DNA of 64,000 nt from an uncultured Methanosarcinales archaeon. GTDB taxonomy: Archaea; Nanobdellota; Nanobdellia; Woesearchaeales; CAXGTL01. Position 1 is the first letter of the stretch; each line of letters begins with the position of its first letter. The notes under the pieces were generated by a model. The model saw nothing but the letters and a program-made list of their open reading frames with translations. It did not search any database and was not told the origin of the DNA. Below, piece by piece: positions 28,866 to 40,985 of this stretch. Location: the NCBI GenBank assembly GCA_964645705.1, contig CAZYAB010000004.1:295-64294 (forward strand), given 5' to 3'. The position numbers were made by a program, and so were the translations under genes.

Positions 28866-31328
28866 ATGGATAAAAAAGAATCTAATGAAAATCCTGAAGA
28901 AAACAAAAAAGAAAGAATCATTGCAAGAGTCATAGAAGAAGAAATGAAAGAATCTTACCTAAGCTATGCAATGAGTGTCATAGTTAGCAGAGCTCTTCCA
29001 GATGTAAGAGACGGTTTAAAACCTGTTCACAGAAGAATTCTTTTTGCAATGCATGAAATGGGTATGTACCCAAATAAACCATTTAAAAAATCAGCAAGAA
29101 TAGTTGGTGAAGTTTTAGGTAAGTTTCATCCGCACGGTGACACAGCTGTATATGATTCAATGGTCAGAATGGCTCAACCATGGTCACTTAGATATCCATT
29201 GATATCAGGCCAAGGTAACTTTGGATCAGTTGACGGCGACAGTGCAGCAGCAATGAGATATACAGAAGCAAGATTATCAAAAATATCAACAGAACTTTTG
29301 ACAGATATTGAAAAAGAAACAGTTGATTTCCAACCTAATTTTGACGCATCATTAAAAGAACCAATTGTTCTACCGAGTAAAATTCCTAACTTATTACTAA
29401 ACGGCTCTTCAGGAATCGCAGTAGGAATGGCAACTAATATTCCTCCGCATAATTTAACAGAAACATGTGATGCAATAATTTATGTAATAGATAATCCTGA
29501 TTGTAAAATAACAGACGTCATGAATTTTATCCGAGGTCCTGATTTTCCTACAGGTGGAATAATCATAGGTAAAACAGGAATACACAATGCATATTTAACA
29601 GGAAGAGGAAAAATTACAATAAGAGGTAAAACATCGATAGAAGAAGTAAAAGATAGAAAAAGAATAATTATAACAGAAATTCCATATCAATTAAACAAAT
29701 CAAGTTTAATAGAAGAAATTGCTGACAGTGTAAAGAACAAAAAAATCACAGGAATAAGTGATATAAGAGACGAATCTGATAAACAAGGAATGAGAATTGT
29801 TATAATTCTTAAAAAAGACGCTAACAAAGACGTTGTTTTAAACCAATTATATAAAAAAACAAGATTACAAAGCACATTCGGAATCAACATGCTTGCTCTA
29901 GTAAAAAATGAACCAAAAACACTAAACTTAAAACAAACAATAACATATTTTATAGAACACAGAAAACAAGTCACAATAAGAAAAATAACTTTTGATCTAA
30001 AAAAAGCAGAACTAAGGGCGCACGTTTTAGAAGGATTGATTGTAGCTTTAAACAATATTGATAATGTTATAAAAAAGATAAAGGCAAGCAAAGATGTAAA
30101 ACAAGCAACAACAACATTAACAAAAGACTATAAATTAACAAAGATACAAGCAAAAGCAATCCTAGATATGAAATTACAAAAATTAGCTTCTTTAGAACAA
30201 GAAAAAATAAAAACAGAGCACAAAGAATTATTAAAACTCATTAAAGAACTGAAAAGCATATTAGCAGACGAACAAAAAATACTTAACATAATCAAAGAAG
30301 AATTAACAAAAATAAAACAAACATATGGTGATGAAAGAAAAACAATTATTTCTGAAGAAGAAAAAAAGATCATAGAAATAGAAGACATGATTAAAGAAGA
30401 GGATATGATCATTACTGTAACTCATCAAGGATATATAAAAAGATTACCAATAGACACTTATAAAAAACAAAAACGCGGTGGTAAAGGAGTAATAGCAGCA
30501 ACAACAAAAGACGAAGACTTTGTAAGTGATTTGTTTATTGCTTCAACACACTCATACATATTATTTTTTACAAACAAAGGCCAAGTACATTGGTTAAAGG
30601 TGTATGAAATACCAATAGGATCAAGACAAGCAAAAGGAAAAGCAATAATTAATTTATTAAAAATAAAAGATGAAAAAATAACAGCAACAGTGCCAGTAAG
30701 ACAATTTAAACAAGGAGAATATCTAATAATGGCAACAAAGAGCGGAACCGTCAAAAAAGTAGACATAACAATGTTCCAAAAACCAAGAAAAGGGGGAATA
30801 AGGGCAATAACATTAGACAAAGATAATATTTTAATAAATGTCGTGAAAACCGATGGTAATAAACAAATATTATTAGCATCTGCAAATGGCATGGCTATAA
30901 GATTTAAAGAAACAAATCTAAGATCTATAGGAAGAACAGGAAAAGGAGTAAGAGGAATATATCTAAAAGGAGATGATAAAGTTATAGATGTTATTGTCGT
31001 TGACGATAAAAAGGATATATTAACAGTAACAGAAAATGGTTTTGGAAAAAGAACTAAGATAAATGAATACAGAATAATAAACCGTGGCGGTGTAGGGGTT
31101 ATTAATATTAAAACTGATCAAAGAAATGGTAAAGTAATAGGTGTTACAGGTGTTGAGGAAAATGACGAAGTAATGTTTATTAGCAAGAAAGGTATAATGA
31201 TAAGAACAGCAACCAAAGGAATATCGTGCATAGGTAGAAACACAAAAGGTGTTAGAGTCATGAGAATAGAACAAGATGATGAATTAGTTGCTGTCACAAA
31301 GATAATTAAAGAGGACAATAATGGTTAA
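28866..31328 (+). CDS. gyrA: DNA gyrase subunit A
   Basis: [28 protein letters not shown] catalytic Tyr, GyrA-box QKRGGKG, C-terminal beta-pinwheel repeats. Confidence 0.97.
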   Translation: MDKKESNENPEENKKERIIARVIEEEMKESYLSYAMSVIVSRALPDVRDGLKPVHRRILFAMHEMGMYPNKPFKKSARIVGEVLGKFHPHGDTAVYDSMVRMAQPWSLRYPLISGQGNFGSVDGDSAAAMRYTEARLSKISTELLTDIEKETVDFQPNFDASLKEPIVLPSKIPNLLLNGSSGIAVGMATNIPPHNLTETCDAIIYVIDNPDCKITDVMNFIRGPDFPTGGIIIGKTGIHNAYLTGRGKITIRGKTSIEEVKDRKRIIITEIPYQLNKSSLIEEIADSVKNKKITGISDIRDESDKQGMRIVIILKKDANKDVVLNQLYKKTRLQSTFGINMLALVKNEPKTLNLKQTITYFIEHRKQVTIRKITFDLKKAELRAHVLEGLIVALNNIDNVIKKIKASKDVKQATTTLTKDYKLTKIQAKAILDMKLQKLASLEQEKIKTEHKELLKLIKELKSILADEQKILNIIKEELTKIKQTYGDERKTIISEEEKKIIEIEDMIKEEDMIITVTHQGYIKRLPIDTYKKQKRGGKGVIAATTKDEDFVSDLFIASTHSYILFFTNKGQVHWLKVYEIPIGSRQAKGKAIINLLKIKDEKITATVPVRQFKQGEYLIMATKSGTVKKVDITMFQKPRKGGIRAITLDKDNILINVVKTDGNKQILLASANGMAIRFKETNLRSIGRTGKGVRGIYLKGDDKVIDVIVVDDKKDILTVTENGFGKRTKINEYRIINRGGVGVINIKTDQRNGKVIGVTGVEENDEVMFISKKGIMIRTATKGISCIGRNTKGVRVMRIEQDDELVAVTKIIKEDNNG

Positions 31329-32445
31329 ATGTTTATTAATAACACATCCAGGAATTGAAGATATTTCTGCGTTAGAAGTTAAAGAAATAATAAAAAAGAA
31401 ATGTGAAACAAAACAAAGCATTGCAATATTTGAAACAAAAGATTATAAAGATATAATAAAAATAGCATATAAAGCCCAAAGTATTACTAAAATATTAGTT
31501 CTATTAGACAAAATAAAGTTAAAACAATTAAAAGATGTGAATAAGTTAAAAATAAACCTAAAAGAATGGATAAATGCTAATACTTCGTTCAAGATAAAAT
31601 GTAGAAGAAAAGGAAAACATGATTTTAAGAGTAAAGAAATAGAGGAAGAAGTAGGTGGTTTGATAATAGACAAATATAAATTAAAAGTTAATCTAACAAA
31701 TCCTAACTTAATTATTTACGCATATGTTTATGATGATAACCTGTATTTAGGAATAGATATAACTGGTATTGACCTAAGTAAAAGAAGCTATAAGATATTT
31801 CATCATCCTAATTCATTAAAAGGAACTATTGCTTATACATTAGTAAGAATAGCAGGCTACAAACATAGTAAAAAAATGATAGATCCATTTTGTAATAATG
31901 GAACAATAATCCTAGAAGCGGGTTTATTTGCATCAAACTTTTCAGTAAGATATTTTGATAAAGAGAGATTTGCTTTTAAGAATCTTAAACCATTTTCAAA
32001 TATAGATTTTGATGAATTATTTAAAGAAATTGATTCAAAGATTAAAAAACAAAAATTGAACCTGACTGGAAGTGAATCATTATTAAGACATGTTATTTCA
32101 TGCAAAAAGAATGCAAAGATTGCAGGGATTGACAAACTAATAGAATTTAGAAGATATGATATTGAATGGCTTGATACTAAATTCAATAAAGAAGAGATAG
32201 ACTCAATTGTAACAAAAATAATAGAACCTAATAGATTGCTAAATGAAAAGAAACTTGAAAAAATATACCAGGAATTCTTTTATCATGCAGAATTTGTTCT
32301 AAAAAAGAAGGGAAAAGTAATAATTATGTGCAAAAACAAAGAGTTAATTATTAAAAAGGCAAAAGAGTATAATTTAAAAACTAATATAAATAGAGAAATA
32401 ACGATTGGTGATCAAAAGAACTATATTCTAGAAATAAAAAAATAA
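31321..32445 (+). CDS. THUMP-domain RNA methyltransferase (Trm14/RlmL-like), degenerate motifs
   Basis: [58 protein letters not shown]. Confidence 0.8.
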   Translation: MVKCLLITHPGIEDISALEVKEIIKKKCETKQSIAIFETKDYKDIIKIAYKAQSITKILVLLDKIKLKQLKDVNKLKINLKEWINANTSFKIKCRRKGKHDFKSKEIEEEVGGLIIDKYKLKVNLTNPNLIIYAYVYDDNLYLGIDITGIDLSKRSYKIFHHPNSLKGTIAYTLVRIAGYKHSKKMIDPFCNNGTIILEAGLFASNFSVRYFDKERFAFKNLKPFSNIDFDELFKEIDSKIKKQKLNLTGSESLLRHVISCKKNAKIAGIDKLIEFRRYDIEWLDTKFNKEEIDSIVTKIIEPNRLLNEKKLEKIYQEFFYHAEFVLKKKGKVIIMCKNKELIIKKAKEYNLKTNINREITIGDQKNYILEIKK

Positions 32446-32452
32446 TAGAAAA

Positions 32453-33118
32453 TCAATATTTTATCTTATGCTTCTCTTTATACCATAATAAAACTATAAA
32501 TTCTATTGCAAGCAACAAACCAAATTCACACAAAACACTTGCGAATTGTTTATTAAACATTGGTAAGAATGTTAGGAAAATATATGTAGGGACAGTAAAT
32601 ATAAACATACCAAACATACCCATATAAAATAATCTTTTTTCAAATTTAGATCTAACACTCGCAGTACCTAAGTAAAATAATATTACTGCTCCAACAATAA
32701 ACAAAATATAATACAAAGAATAAAAACGATTTATTAAACCTAATTTAGGATATTGAACAAATATAGTCAAACATTTTGCAGATTCTTTATATAAAATATT
32801 GAAACATATAATAAAGAATATTGCTGGAGAATAAATTAAAATATGCCAATAATATGCTATCTTTTTTCTCCACATGATCAAAGCATAAGAAATACCTATT
32901 GCAGGAAGTAACGCAGTAATACTCATTGCAAAAATTGTAAACAATTTTAAACTTGTAATACATATAAGGAATTCATTTAATTGATACAGCCCTAGTAAAA
33001 AGGATATTAAAGCTATTATTTGAATCAATTTATCTTTAGGGTTCTTAAATAAGAAATACAGAGCTAGAAGAAACTCTATTACAAACGTTGACAATGAAAT
33101 ATATGGAGCAAAGCACAT
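32453..33118 (-). CDS. Integral membrane protein (about 7 TM)
   Basis: Hydrophobic pattern; MCF...SL.TF.IE start, LGLYQLNEF, FASVLCEF. Confidence 0.6.
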   Translation of the reverse strand: MCFAPYISLSTFVIEFLLALYFLFKNPKDKLIQIIALISFLLGLYQLNEFLICITSLKLFTIFAMSITALLPAIGISYALIMWRKKIAYYWHILIYSPAIFFIICFNILYKESAKCLTIFVQYPKLGLINRFYSLYYILFIVGAVILFYLGTASVRSKFEKRLFYMGMFGMFIFTVPTYIFLTFLPMFNKQFASVLCEFGLLLAIEFIVLLWYKEKHKIKY

Positions 33119-33249
33119 ATATAAAAAAATGGATTAATAATATATAAAAGTTACTAAATAATTCATTGAATGAAATAATTAAAGTAAACAAACAATAGCT
33201 TAAAAAAACAGAAAAAGCAAGAACATAAAAAATAAAAAAATAAAAAAAA

Positions 33250-36200
33250 TCAATACTTACGTTTCTTCTTTCCTGATGTAATCAAAGCCATAAACATAAA
33301 GATTACTACACCTAACAATATCACAAAACCACAAATATATAACGTCATTCTCAATGAATCATCTATTCTGAATGAATCTACTTTTTGTGTTTGATATTGT
33401 TCTAATAACTGCGCAGTAATCTTAGCTCTATCAATTTCATCTTGTTGCGCTGTTGGCTTTTTATCTTCATCTTTTTTAGCTGGTTCACAATCTTTAACAA
33501 TTAAGTTAACTATCTTGTCGTCATCTTCTTCATCTTCGTCATAAAAGACCTTTACTGATATAGGATATGTCCTAGCATCTGTACCTTTTGGCACTTTAAT
33601 AAAGAAGCTATGTTTAAACTCTGAATCATCATCAAATACGTCCTCTTCTAGGTCAGGTACTGATGTGTATCTTTCAGATATACCTAATTCTGAACTAACT
33701 ACTTCTATTTCTACTTCTTCTTCCTCTTCTTGACCATAATTCTTTACTTCAACATCAAGATAAGTTGTTAGATCACAAGACAATTCTGAATCATCAAGTT
33801 CTGCTTCTATTATTCTTAAGTCATTATCTTCTTTTTCTATCTGAAGAGTTAATTGCCATTCTACAGTATGTTCTATACCATATCCATCTTTACCCTTAAC
33901 TAAAACATTAACTTTATAGTCTCCCTCATTAATATCTAAAGGCAAATCAAACGTCAATGTTTCTTCTTCGTAATCTGTAGGATCTAATTCAAATGAACTT
34001 GTTTTTTCATCCAAATCCTTTTTCTTATCTTTCGCTATTTTCTTGATTTCTACTTCTATCTTAATTCTTTTTATTTCCTGGTCTTCATTATCATCGTCTT
34101 CGTAAAGATTCTTTACTTCAATGTTAAAGTCCATGTTAGTGTCTGGCCTAACATCATAAATTGTGTCACCATCTATTACACTATAATCATCGTCATCTGT
34201 TTCTATTTCTAAATTAGTTATTCTTAGTTTTGATTGAGGTGATTGATAAACATTTAATCCTGTTTCATCAACATCCTTAGCTGAGATATTAATAGCTGCC
34301 GCCAATGTTTTACTTATTAATTCCCTTGCTCCTATGTAAGATGTTACAAAGATTCTTTCTGAACCACTAGCAGGAATGTTAAATTCATCTATATAATTAC
34401 TATAGCTTTCTGAACCACGCTTAATTGTAACATTCTTCCCTGAAACAGAAGTTATTGAAACAGCAACATCTTCTAAAGTTTGAGTTCCTGTATTTTGTAT
34501 CAAAAACTCTTTAGTTTGTTGAGTTCCTCTTTCACCATCAAATACTATTTCTAGCTCACTTAAACTCATACCAAAAGCAGTTCCTTGGTCTTTTGCAGTA
34601 AATGATGTAAAGTGTTCCACCTCAAATACTAATATTCCTGAAGTCTTATCATATGACTTGATTATACAGAAATTACAAATCTTGCTAATTATGTTTGGAT
34701 CTGTTGTAAATGCATCGTCATAATAAACAACAGGAACATCTAAACCTGGTGACTTCATAGTAATTGTAGCTGGTTTATCTAATGTTGGCAAATTATCAGT
34801 ATTCAAAGCAACCAAATTATCTTCTATCTTTACATTACTATCAACATCCAAAACATCACTAAGATCTATTTCCTGATTTCCAAAATCAATGTTTCCCGAA
34901 CCTTTAGATATTTCTACATCAGTTGCTTTATCAATACCTTCGCTATCATCAAAATCAATATCATTTTCTTCAGCAACAGGTTTATCTGCAACAATTACAG
35001 TCCATGATTCGTTTATACTCTGTCCGTCTACAACCATTGCAGTGACTTCATAAGTTGCAGGGTAGGTTGGCATAAATTTATATGAATATACATTTCCTTC
35101 GACACTTTCTTCATGTCCCCACATTATTGTAGTATTTTCTTGTGAAACAACATCAACATCCCATGATACAATCAGATCATCATCATCATCAACTGCAGTA
35201 ATGCTAAAATCAACTGTACCTTCTTCACCAATAATCAACTCAGACTCAGAAGGTGTTCTTCCACTTACAATTGTAGTATCATCAACTTCTGTTACAGTTA
35301 TCAAAACATTTTGTGATTCTGTTAAGCCTTTACTATCATTCAATGTGAATGTAACCATGTCACTACCAAACTTGTTTTCAATAGGTGTGAATGTTACTAA
35401 GTCAGTTGCAGCAACAATATCAACTGAAGCCAACAATGTTTCGTCTACACCATCAACACTCCATGTTAAACCAGTATCTGAATCTTCTAAATCATTTTCA
35501 TATGTTGTTAGATCAATTACATGTAATGAATCTTCGCTAAATGTTATGTTTGCAATTGCTGGATCAATTGTTGGTGCTAAGTTAATGTGTGAAACAACAA
35601 TATCAGCTGTTGTAATTGTTTCTTTATCACCATTTAAGTATGATATTCTTATATCAATTGGGTATGTTCCGTCCAATACTAATTCTGATATTTCAAACAC
35701 ATCACCATAAGATATACTATCATCAATTTCTAGCAAATCTAAACTTTCTGAAAAATTAATTTCTAATTCAGTGTTTTTAGCAGTAATTTGAATGTTTCTC
35801 TCATCTCTTACACCTAGATTAATCAAATCAAAAGTCAGAGCTATGTTTTCCCCACTATTTACAGATTCTTCAGATAATAAAACATTATCAACAAGTATTT
35901 TGTGTGTTTCTCTTTCAACACTTAACTGCCTTCCTTGATCAATCAAAGTGTATTCATTATCATCACCGTCTAAAATAGTATCAAATCCTATACCAAATAA
36001 ATAATAATCTTCTTCTGCATCAATAGGAACGTCGAATTCAACAGTCTCAACATCACTTGTTGCTCCTGGTTGAAGATTTATATTAAACAAAGCCAATGTA
36101 TCAGAATCAACAGGCAATCTATCAATACCAAAACCGCCATCAACAATATCTAATTCTTCATCTGTGAATAAATTTGTTAATTGGAATTGGAATGTTAATT

Positions 36201-39200
36201 TATCACCAGGTCTTACATCTTCAACTATTCCTTCCTCTTCTGTTGCTACACCATTAACTTTAATAAATTCAACAACCAAAGGATGCTTAACAGTTAGATT
36301 GAACTCTTGTTCATCACACTCATCTTTGTCATCGCAAACTTCAATAGTTATTCCATCATACAATCCAATATCTTCAGCACTTGGTGTCCACTCAACTAAA
36401 CCTTCTTCATCAATTTCCATTTCTTCTGGTCCGCCTACATAATAATCTAGTTCACCATCATCTTCTGCAACAACTTGATAACTATACTTTCTATTAGCCA
36501 ATACTTCTTCACCAGGTGTTGAAGTTATCTCTGGATCAACATTATATAATACATCAAATGAAAATTCAGTTGATTCTGCATTATTGCCATCTGAATCATT
36601 TACAAAGACTTTCCACATATGTGTTTGTTGGTCTTCGAATTCAGCAGTAAATGAAAATTCAGTTGTTGTGCCTAACAATGTAAACTCTTCCACACTATCA
36701 TTTCTAGAATATACATAATATGTTACATCATCACCATCAGGATCTCCTTCTTCAAAATCATCTTCTAATTCCCATTCTAGATCAACACTCGTATCATTAA
36801 CAGTATCTCCATTACCAGGGCTTACTAACACTGGCAAATATGGATCATCTGATACTGCATTAACAGTAACAATGATTGCATCATTATCACTTGCTTCACC
36901 ATCGCTAGCAACAAATACTAAAGATGTTACACCATTAAAGTCTTCAACAGGTTCAATAGTTGCTTCTGTTCCATCAAATGAAACATCTAAGTAATCATTA
37001 GGAATTACAGAAAATTCTAAATCCTCATCAGCTGTTTCTTCATCACTAACCAAATCTGCCAAATCAAATGATTCGGTTGTATCTTCATCAATCTCAACAT
37101 CTTGCAGACCTCCTAAAACAGGTGCATCATTAATTGGTACTAAAATAACAACTAAATCTTGGAAAACACTGCCTTCTGAATCAGTTACATTAACGGTGAT
37201 TGTATCTTCAAGATCTTGTACTTTTGTTTCATCTTCATAAAGTAATGTTAACACATAACCATCTATTGATACATAATCTAAATGATCAGCATCAACATCA
37301 ATAGTTAATGTTTCTTCTTCAACATTTGTTATAAAAGATTCTAAATCATATTCTTCAGCAACACTTTCATTAACATCAACTTCATCTAGTTCTGCTAACA
37401 CAACAGAATCATGAACAGCTTCAATATTGATAGTAATTGTTTCTGTGTCACTTGCTTCATCAAGATCAGTAGCAGTTACATCAAATGTTGTTTGGCCGTT
37501 AGCATCCTCAACAAGATCAAAACTTAAAACAAAACCATCTCCCAATCTATCAATACTAACATCTAATAACATTTCATCATCAACAGTTTCTTGATCAACT
37601 GTCAAAGTAAGATCTGTTTTTTCATCATCAACATCAGATACATTTTCAGTAAGAGAAACTAATTCAGATATATCCTCAATAATTGATATTTCCATATTCT
37701 CATCCAATTCGGGTGCATCATTAACAGCTTCAACAGTTATTGTAAAACTATCAGTCTCACAATCATTTTCCATTCCACTATCATCACACACTTCAACACT
37801 AACATCATATTCTCCTTCCTGATTATTAACAGGTGTCCATGTAAATTCATTAGTTTCTGAATTAAACTCTAGACCAGTAGCGTCTACATCAATATCAGGA
37901 GTAACAGTTAAATCATCTACTTCATCATCATCACTCACACTAATTTGATAACTAAATGGTTCATCTTCTGTTGCTTCTTGATTTTCCAAAGCAGTATCAA
38001 ACACAGGCTCTGAGTTCATAGTAATGCTAACTGATTCTGTATCATTTAGATTTTCAGAAGGATCTTCACAATAAAAGTTTATTGTTGTTGAATGTTCTGT
38101 TAAATCAATTGTTAAACTACCTTCCGTATTCTCTTCAAACAATGTAACCTTTGTTTGACCAGCATCTAAACTATATTCGCAATCAACTGTTTCAGTTGCA
38201 GTAACACTAAGTTCAACTTCATTAGTTTCCAAGAATTCATCAGCAGTTGGTGTATTTATTGCAACACTTGGAATAGTTTCATCTTTAACTTCAAATGAAT
38301 CTAATACTTCATTATTAACATTTTCCTCAGTATCATTTGCATAAAATGTAACAGTGTATTCATCATAGATTAAATCAGGAATGCTTACAGCATAAGTTGA
38401 ACCTGTATCTAATTCCATTTCATAATACACACCTTCAATAATAGCATAAACTTTTGCAACACCAGATCCAGGCGAATCTGTTACATCAACACTTATATCA
38501 ACACTCTCACCCCATTCTGTAATTTCTTCTATAACTGAGTTTTCCACACTCGGTGCAACAGTATCTTCAACAACCACAGTATCAGTTTCATCATTATTCA
38601 TGTTTCCGTATTGATCCATTGCAATGAACTGAATATCATAATCATCTATTTCAAAATCAGAAATTGAAACAACAAAAGTTCCTTCTGTTTCATCATCGTT
38701 CATATCATAATCTTCTCCATCAATCACAGCATAAACAGCAATAATAGATGATTCATCACTAACATCAGCACTAAGCTCTACATCTGCATCATATTCCACA
38801 TTAGGAGTTAAGACATTAGTAATAACTGGTTCAACACTATCTTCTATTTCAAAAGAATCTGTTATACTATCATTAACATTCTCAGCACTATCATTTGCAA
38901 AGAATGAAATATCATAATCTTCAACACCTAATTCTCTATTATCTTTTGAAGTTGAGAATGTTTTTAAGTAAGTTGTTCCTGTTTCTAAACTCATTTCATA
39001 ATAATAATCATCAACAATAACAAAAACATCTTCTAAATTATTATCAACAACATCAACTCTTATTTCCACATCGTCTCCTAGTTCAATTATTGATTCAACT
39101 TGTGAATTATCAACAGCAGGTACAATTGTATCAATTGTAAATGTTACTGATTCTGAATCAGTATTATCTGCCCTATCAACACAATAAACATCAACTGTTT

Positions 39201-40743
39201 TTTCTCCATCAGAACCAAATTCTATTGTATCAGAACCTTCATCAGAACCTTCAATCAAAGTTACATTATTTAAACCAGAATCTATTGAATAATCACAATC
39301 AACAGTTTCAGTAACATCAACATCTAATGAAATTGACTGAGTTGTTTTATAACCAGTAGTTGGTGTATTAATAGTAATCTCTGGATCTTCATCATCTATT
39401 GTAAATGTTATATCAGCTACTGCGATATTACCTGCTTCATCTAATGAAGTAACAGAGAAAAAAGGAAAATCTTCATCATCCAGAGTAATAATACCACTCC
39501 AATAATTAGTATCACCTTCTTTACTTAATACTTCTTCACTTTCTGTTGTAACAGAAAAAAGATTATCTTCAATTATACTAACATTCATTATAACTTGAGT
39601 TCCATCTTGTACATAGTCATCTGAAAAAGGTGTTGCTCCATCAAAAGTAATTACAGGAGATACATCATCAATTGTAAATGTAAGACTATCATCAGTATCA
39701 GTATTACCTGCAAGATCAGTTGCTACAATATTAAGAGGACTACTCAAGTCACTAAGAGTTAGACTAGCACTCCAATAATTAGTATCACCTTCTTTACTAA
39801 GATCTTCACCATCAGCAGTCACAGTATCAAGATTAGCATCAGTAACACTAACATTAAGAACAACACTATCATCTGTCTTAACAATATTATCTTCTAGATC
39901 AGGTGTACCAATTTCAGGATCAGCATCATCGATTGTAAATGTAAGACTATCATCAGTATCAGTATTACCTGCAAGATCAGTTGCTACAATATTAAGAGGA
40001 CTACTCAAGTCACTAAGAGTTAGACTAGCACTCCAATAATTAGTATCACCTTCTTTACTAAGATCTTCACCATCAGCAGTCACAGTATCAAGATTAGCAT
40101 CAGTAACACTAACATTAAGAACAACACTATCATCTGTCTTAACAATATTATCTTCTAGATCAGGTGTACCAATTTCAGGATCAACTTCATCATTAATACT
40201 ATTAATAGCTCCAGGTGTTCCATCTTCAGAAGTACTTTCAGCCCAATTATTATAATCAAAATTATATCTTTCAATAGAATAACCTTCAGCAGCCAAATCA
40301 GTGTAAGCTAATTCAGCAGTGATAGTTGTATTTGTTAGAGTAATTGTTTCACCAGTATTACTTAAACCTAAATCACACATTGCACCAGCATCAACACGGA
40401 AAGCCAATGCATCAGCATCAACTAAAAAAGCATCATAAACAGTTGTTCCAGGATCACCATCAGTAATAAGAGCATATCCTCCTGATTGTAAAACAAAATC
40501 ATTTTCAGAATAAACAACATCATCTGTATCATTGTAATAACCTGTCAGAAGATCATCACCACACAAAGTAAAATCAGACAGATTTAAATCATTAGGACCA
40601 GAATTATAAATCTCAATCCACTCTTCTGTAGCTTCAGTTACAGGATCATACATAACTTCACTTATGTACAAATCACCAACAACCAAACCACCACACATAA
40701 CCAAACTTAGAACTAATATAATTAAACTTATCACCTTTTTCAT
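33250..40743 (-). CDS. Giant (2497 aa) S-layer-associated/adhesin protein: lamin-tail domain, Ig-like and cadherin-like repeats, C-terminal TM anchor
   Basis: Signal peptide; ISEVMYDP...EWIEIYN...GTPGAINS (LTD); VNDAP/EDxx repeats; C-terminal TM followed by KKKRKY. Confidence 0.8.
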   Translation of the reverse strand: MKKVISLIILVLSLVMCGGLVVGDLYISEVMYDPVTEATEEWIEIYNSGPNDLNLSDFTLCGDDLLTGYYNDTDDVVYSENDFVLQSGGYALITDGDPGTTVYDAFLVDADALAFRVDAGAMCDLGLSNTGETITLTNTTITAELAYTDLAAEGYSIERYNFDYNNWAESTSEDGTPGAINSINDEVDPEIGTPDLEDNIVKTDDSVVLNVSVTDANLDTVTADGEDLSKEGDTNYWSASLTLSDLSSPLNIVATDLAGNTDTDDSLTFTIDDADPEIGTPDLEDNIVKTDDSVVLNVSVTDANLDTVTADGEDLSKEGDTNYWSASLTLSDLSSPLNIVATDLAGNTDTDDSLTFTIDDVSPVITFDGATPFSDDYVQDGTQVIMNVSIIEDNLFSVTTESEEVLSKEGDTNYWSGIITLDDEDFPFFSVTSLDEAGNIAVADITFTIDDEDPEITINTPTTGYKTTQSISLDVDVTETVDCDYSIDSGLNNVTLIEGSDEGSDTIEFGSDGEKTVDVYCVDRADNTDSESVTFTIDTIVPAVDNSQVESIIELGDDVEIRVDVVDNNLEDVFVIVDDYYYEMSLETGTTYLKTFSTSKDNRELGVEDYDISFFANDSAENVNDSITDSFEIEDSVEPVITNVLTPNVEYDADVELSADVSDESSIIAVYAVIDGEDYDMNDDETEGTFVVSISDFEIDDYDIQFIAMDQYGNMNNDETDTVVVEDTVAPSVENSVIEEITEWGESVDISVDVTDSPGSGVAKVYAIIEGVYYEMELDTGSTYAVSIPDLIYDEYTVTFYANDTEENVNNEVLDSFEVKDETIPSVAINTPTADEFLETNEVELSVTATETVDCEYSLDAGQTKVTLFEENTEGSLTIDLTEHSTTINFYCEDPSENLNDTESVSITMNSEPVFDTALENQEATEDEPFSYQISVSDDDEVDDLTVTPDIDVDATGLEFNSETNEFTWTPVNNQEGEYDVSVEVCDDSGMENDCETDSFTITVEAVNDAPELDENMEISIIEDISELVSLTENVSDVDDEKTDLTLTVDQETVDDEMLLDVSIDRLGDGFVLSFDLVEDANGQTTFDVTATDLDEASDTETITINIEAVHDSVVLAELDEVDVNESVAEEYDLESFITNVEEETLTIDVDADHLDYVSIDGYVLTLLYEDETKVQDLEDTITVNVTDSEGSVFQDLVVILVPINDAPVLGGLQDVEIDEDTTESFDLADLVSDEETADEDLEFSVIPNDYLDVSFDGTEATIEPVEDFNGVTSLVFVASDGEASDNDAIIVTVNAVSDDPYLPVLVSPGNGDTVNDTSVDLEWELEDDFEEGDPDGDDVTYYVYSRNDSVEEFTLLGTTTEFSFTAEFEDQQTHMWKVFVNDSDGNNAESTEFSFDVLYNVDPEITSTPGEEVLANRKYSYQVVAEDDGELDYYVGGPEEMEIDEEGLVEWTPSAEDIGLYDGITIEVCDDKDECDEQEFNLTVKHPLVVEFIKVNGVATEEEGIVEDVRPGDKLTFQFQLTNLFTDEELDIVDGGFGIDRLPVDSDTLALFNINLQPGATSDVETVEFDVPIDAEEDYYLFGIGFDTILDGDDNEYTLIDQGRQLSVERETHKILVDNVLLSEESVNSGENIALTFDLINLGVRDERNIQITAKNTELEINFSESLDLLEIDDSISYGDVFEISELVLDGTYPIDIRISYLNGDKETITTADIVVSHINLAPTIDPAIANITFSEDSLHVIDLTTYENDLEDSDTGLTWSVDGVDETLLASVDIVAATDLVTFTPIENKFGSDMVTFTLNDSKGLTESQNVLITVTEVDDTTIVSGRTPSESELIIGEEGTVDFSITAVDDDDDLIVSWDVDVVSQENTTIMWGHEESVEGNVYSYKFMPTYPATYEVTAMVVDGQSINESWTVIVADKPVAEENDIDFDDSEGIDKATDVEISKGSGNIDFGNQEIDLSDVLDVDSNVKIEDNLVALNTDNLPTLDKPATITMKSPGLDVPVVYYDDAFTTDPNIISKICNFCIIKSYDKTSGILVFEVEHFTSFTAKDQGTAFGMSLSELEIVFDGERGTQQTKEFLIQNTGTQTLEDVAVSITSVSGKNVTIKRGSESYSNYIDEFNIPASGSERIFVTSYIGARELISKTLAAAINISAKDVDETGLNVYQSPQSKLRITNLEIETDDDDYSVIDGDTIYDVRPDTNMDFNIEVKNLYEDDDNEDQEIKRIKIEVEIKKIAKDKKKDLDEKTSSFELDPTDYEEETLTFDLPLDINEGDYKVNVLVKGKDGYGIEHTVEWQLTLQIEKEDNDLRIIEAELDDSELSCDLTTYLDVEVKNYGQEEEEEVEIEVVSSELGISERYTSVPDLEEDVFDDDSEFKHSFFIKVPKGTDARTYPISVKVFYDEDEEDDDKIVNLIVKDCEPAKKDEDKKPTAQQDEIDRAKITAQLLEQYQTQKVDSFRIDDSLRMTLYICGFVILLGVVIFMFMALITSGKKKRKY
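39663..40183. repeat. Near-perfect tandem duplication, 261-bp period (87-aa Ig-like domain)
   Basis: 39663-39922 vs 39924-40183 appear identical apart from one mismatch; protein unit DPEIGTPDLEDNIVK...SLTFTIDD occurs twice. Confidence 0.92.
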
Positions 40744-40985
40744 TTTATCTCATCCCCCATTTTGTTTAAAAATATATTTATATATCAAAATATTGATATT
40801 TATTAAAAATCCCCTTTTTATTTCGGAAAAATCCTATTACTATTCTCGAATAAAAACAGGTTATATAAAGATTTCTATAGTTACAAACATCATTATAAAA
40901 TTCATATTATTTATTATATATATTATAGAGAATATACTAAATTAAGAGATATGAATTAAAAAAATAAGAAATAAAAAAAATATAA

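Noticed and set aside
39663..40183. Direct repeats as a possible CRISPR array or mobile element
   Set aside because: In-frame 261-bp coding duplication with no spacers, no cas genes and no transposase.
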